A DNA stretch of 64,000 nt from Pseudidiomarina sp. (lineage in GTDB: Bacteria > Pseudomonadota > Gammaproteobacteria > Enterobacterales > Alteromonadaceae), in the NCBI RefSeq assembly GCF_033722695.1, contig NZ_JAWVYM010000006.1:58299-122298 (forward strand). The letters are read 5' to 3'. How positions within the stretch are numbered: position 1 is the first letter of the stretch; every line of letters begins with the position of its first letter. The translations under genes were made by a program, and so were the position numbers. Below are positions 61,258 through 64,000 of the stretch, in pieces. Below the pieces are notes generated by a model. That model saw only the letters and a list, made by a program, of their open reading frames with translations. It was not told where the DNA came from and made no database searches.

Positions 61258-64000
61258 ATGAAAAAATTAACCGCATTAGCTTTATCAATCGGAGTGGCAC
61301 TTGCCGCTCCGGCTTTTGCTCAGGATAAATCTGAGTGGGACGTCAGTGCACCGCAAGGCGAGTTTAAAGACATCCAGATCAATACCAATGAAGGTACCTG
61401 GATGAACGTCGACATGAGCCCTGACGGCCAATATATTGTGTTTGACATGCTGGGTGATATCTATCGGATCCCAGCAAAAGGTGGCGACGCTGAACTGCTG
61501 GTTGGTGGCATTGCCTGGCATATGCAGCCGGTGTATTCACCTGATGGCAAGTCCATTGCTTATACCTCGGACGCCAACGGCGGCGACAATATCTGGATCA
61601 TGGATGCCGATGGCAGTAATCCACGGGCAGTCACCAATGAAACCTTCCGCTTGCTGAACAGCCCGGCCTGGAGTCCCGACGGTGAGTTTCTGGTCGCCCG
61701 TAAGCATTTTACCGCGCGCCGCTCGCTGGGTGCCGGCGAAGTCTGGATGTACCATCGTAGCGGTGGCAGTGGTGTGATGCTGACGGAACGCCCCAACGAT
61801 CAGAAAGATCTGGGCGAACCGGCGTTTTCACCCGATGGCCGTTACATCTATTTCTCCCAGGATGATACCCCGGGCAAAACCTTCCACTACAGCAAAGACT
61901 CGCTGGAAGGTATCTATGAAATTAAACGCTTTGACCGCGAAACGGGCGAGATCGATGTGATTCTGGCTGGCGCCGGCGGTGCTATTCGCCCGACGCCGTC
62001 ACCGGACGGTAAATACCTGGCCTATGTGAAGCGCGAAGACTTCAACAGCGTGTTGTATCTTTATGACCTGGAATCAGGTGAAAAGCGCCGGTTGTACACG
62101 CAGCTGGATCGCGATATGCAGGAAACCTGGGCAATTCATGGCGTCTATCCGACCATGGACTGGACTCCGGATAGCCAGAACCTGGTGTTCTGGGCCGATG
62201 GTAAAATCATGCAGCTGGATATCACTGATCGTAATGCCAAAGTGATCCCATTCAGCGTCAGCACCACCAAAAAGGTTCAGCAAGCGCTGCGCTTTGAGCA
62301 GAACCTGGACCAAGATCGCTTCAAAGTGAAGATGTTACGGATGGTGCAGGTTGCGCCAGATGGCTCTGAAGTGGTTTATGAAGCGCTCGGTAAGCTCTAT
62401 GTCCGCAGTTTGCCTGATGGTACGCCGAAGCGTCTGACCAACCGCGAGGGTACCTGGGAGCTGTATCCAACCTATTCCCGTGATGGCAGCAAACTGGCCT
62501 ATGCCACCTGGGATGATCAGGCTCAGGGTAGTCTGGTCGTGCGCGATCTGAAATCTGGCCAGGAGCAGATTATCAATACCGGCACCGGCAAGTTTATCGA
62601 GCCGGTATTCAGCCCGGATGGTAATAGCCTGGTGTACCGCAAAATTCGCGGGGGGTATATCACTCCTGACACTTATGGTCTGGAGCCAGGTATTTACCAT
62701 GTTGGGCTGCAGCGTGGGGCCAAGCCCACCCTAATCAGCGAGCGTGGCTATCAGCCACAGTTCGGCGCCCGTAGCGACCGGGTTTATCTGATGGACTCGG
62801 GCGCGGCGCAAGAATTGTTCTCGGTTAATACCACCACCCGCGAACAACGCACGCTTTATACCTCAGAGCATGCCACTGAATTCCGGGTTGCTCCTGATGG
62901 CAGTCACCTGGCTTTCGCTGAGCGTTTCAAAGTATTTGTCACGCCCTTCGTAGAACGTGGGGCGCCAATCAAAATCAGCCCAACCGACAAGCAGTTCCCG
63001 GTACAGCAACTGTCAGCCCGGGCCGGCGAGAATATTTCCTGGACCGCAGATGGCTCGGCGCTATACTGGTCGCTTGGACCTGAGCTCTATCACAGCTCAG
63101 TGGCCGGTATGTTTGATATCAAGGCCGACGATGCTGCTTTTGAGCAGGTGTCTGATGGCCTGGATATCAGTTTTGAAGCCGATGCCAATATCCATGATGA
63201 GGCAGTCGCTTTCGTTGGCGGCCAGGTAATCACCATGGAAGGCGAAGAAGTGATCGAGCAGGGCACCGTTATTGTGCGCGGCAACAAGATCATTGCCGTT
63301 GGCGCGAAAGCAGACGTCACCGTTCCGGCTGATGCGGTGGTTATCGACACCACCGGCAAAACTGTGATGCCGGGCCTGTTCGATGGTCACGCACACGGTC
63401 CGCAGGGCGATAATGAGATTATCCCTGAGCAGAACTGGAAAACATACGCCACGCTGAGCTTCGGTGTAACCTCGATCCACGATCCGTCCAACGACACCAC
63501 GGAAATTTTTGCGGCCAGCGAGCTACAAAAAGCCGGACTGATTAACGCGCCGCGGACGTTCTCGACCGGTACCATTCTGTATGGTGCAAATGGTCCAGGT
63601 TATACCTCACATGTGGATAGCCTTGATGATGCTAAATTCCATCTGGAGCGGCTGAAGAAAATTGGTGCCTTCTCGGTGAAGAGCTATAACCAGCCACGCC
63701 GTAATCAGCGTCAGCAGGTGGTGCAGGCCGGTCGAGAGCTCGAGATGATGGTAGTACCTGAAGGCGGTTCATTACTGCAGCACAACCTGAGCATGATTGC
63801 CGATGGCCATACTACGATTGAGCACTCCATTCCGGTTGCCAAAATCTATGACGATATTGAGCAGTTCTGGAGTCAGACCGAAGTTGCCTACACGCCAACA
63901 CTGGGTGTGGCTTATGGCGGTATCTGGGGTGAGAACTACTGGTATGCTGAAACGGACGTCTGGAAACATCCAAAGCTGAGCAAATTTGTTCCGCAGGATG
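61258..64000 (+). CDS. Large secreted TolB-like beta-propeller / amidohydrolase fusion protein, 5' portion (continues past the window end)
   Basis: I translated this frame by hand and found it open from ATG at 61258 to base 64000 (more than 914 codons). Signal peptide MKKLTALALSIGVALAAPAFA|QD. Repeated SPDG(K/R/Q/N/E) propeller blades. An amidohydrolase metal site (MPGLFDGHAHG ... IEHS) starts at about 63360. It is absent from the ORF track because it has no in-window stop. Confidence 0.85.
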   Translation, partial: MKKLTALALSIGVALAAPAFAQDKSEWDVSAPQGEFKDIQINTNEGTWMNVDMSPDGQYIVFDMLGDIYRIPAKGGDAELLVGGIAWHMQPVYSPDGKSIAYTSDANGGDNIWIMDADGSNPRAVTNETFRLLNSPAWSPDGEFLVARKHFTARRSLGAGEVWMYHRSGGSGVMLTERPNDQKDLGEPAFSPDGRYIYFSQDDTPGKTFHYSKDSLEGIYEIKRFDRETGEIDVILAGAGGAIRPTPSPDGKYLAYVKREDFNSVLYLYDLESGEKRRLYTQLDRDMQETWAIHGVYPTMDWTPDSQNLVFWADGKIMQLDITDRNAKVIPFSVSTTKKVQQALRFEQNLDQDRFKVKMLRMVQVAPDGSEVVYEALGKLYVRSLPDGTPKRLTNREGTWELYPTYSRDGSKLAYATWDDQAQGSLVVRDLKSGQEQIINTGTGKFIEPVFSPDGNSLVYRKIRGGYITPDTYGLEPGIYHVGLQRGAKPTLISERGYQPQFGARSDRVYLMDSGAAQELFSVNTTTREQRTLYTSEHATEFRVAPDGSHLAFAERFKVFVTPFVERGAPIKISPTDKQFPVQQLSARAGENISWTADGSALYWSLGPELYHSSVAGMFDIKADDAAFEQVSDGLDISFEADANIHDEAVAFVGGQVITMEGEEVIEQGTVIVRGNKIIAVGAKADVTVPADAVVIDTTGKTVMPGLFDGHAHGPQGDNEIIPEQNWKTYATLSFGVTSIHDPSNDTTEIFAASELQKAGLINAPRTFSTGTILYGANGPGYTSHVDSLDDAKFHLERLKKIGAFSVKSYNQPRRNQRQQVVQAGRELEMMVVPEGGSLLQHNLSMIADGHTTIEHSIPVAKIYDDIEQFWSQTEVAYTPTLGVAYGGIWGENYWYAETDVWKHPKLSKFVPQD

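Noticed and set aside
61285-63979. About a dozen 60-127-aa ORFs on both strands listed by the track in this interval
   Set aside because: All are shadow ORFs inside one continuous plus-strand reading frame (61258 to beyond 64000). That frame has clear protein-like sequence: signal peptide, propeller repeats and an amidohydrolase site.
1-64000. Search for mobile elements, CRISPR arrays, tRNA/rRNA genes, toxin-antitoxin pairs or a defence island that could constitute a novel system
   Set aside because: Every intergenic gap is 220 bp or shorter and is explained by promoters, terminators or 6S RNA. I saw no direct-repeat/spacer array, no integrase or transposase-like translation and no terminal inverted repeats. 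All large ORFs match housekeeping or well-known accessory families. An exhaustive repeat or tRNA scan could not be run by eye.

Overview
This window reads as gammaproteobacterial core chromosome, probably from a marine Alteromonadales-like organism (the taxon is inference). It is densely packed with intact housekeeping operons, and much of it is syntenic with the E. coli 65-min region. I see no CRISPR array, transposase, integrase, tRNA, prophage or defence-island signature, and no long unexplained non-coding stretch. I therefore cannot support a claim that a large novel system is present.

Gene blocks in order:
- nusB'-thiL-pgpA
- dxs-ispA-xseB (minus strand), divergent from thiI
- VanZ-like protein, DEAD-box helicase, M49-like lipoprotein, rdgC, orphan histidine kinase
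- MscS-family channel, porin, AEC transporter
- xseA, divergent from guaBA-mltF
- purL, tadA
- a phosphate block: TonB-dependent receptor, divergent from an EEP phosphoesterase lipoprotein, then phoBR, pstS, long-form pstC and pstA, pstB, phoU
- serA-rpiA, the 5-formyl-THF cyclo-ligase gene, an inserted amidohydrolase, 6S RNA (ssrS), zapA
- ygfB-pepP-ubiH-ubiI
- a LysR regulator divergent from gcvTHP
- a GAF-PAS-GGDEF-EAL protein
- an arsR-gapdh-arsJ cassette
- an S10 peptidase, followed by a large TolB-like/amidohydrolase gene that runs off the 3' end

Three things are absent from, or mis-called by, the ORF track:
- 6S RNA, which the track shows as a 68-aa ORF.
- A 39-aa highly basic sORF that is translationally coupled to mltF.
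- An open frame of more than 2.7 kb at 61258..64000, which has no stop in the window.

The most interesting biology readable from the sequence:
- A dispersed set of canonical Pho-box promoters: porin, TBDR/EEP, phoB, pstS and pstC.
- The uncharacterised large extra domains of PstC and PstA.
- The stand-alone arsR-gapdh-arsJ module.
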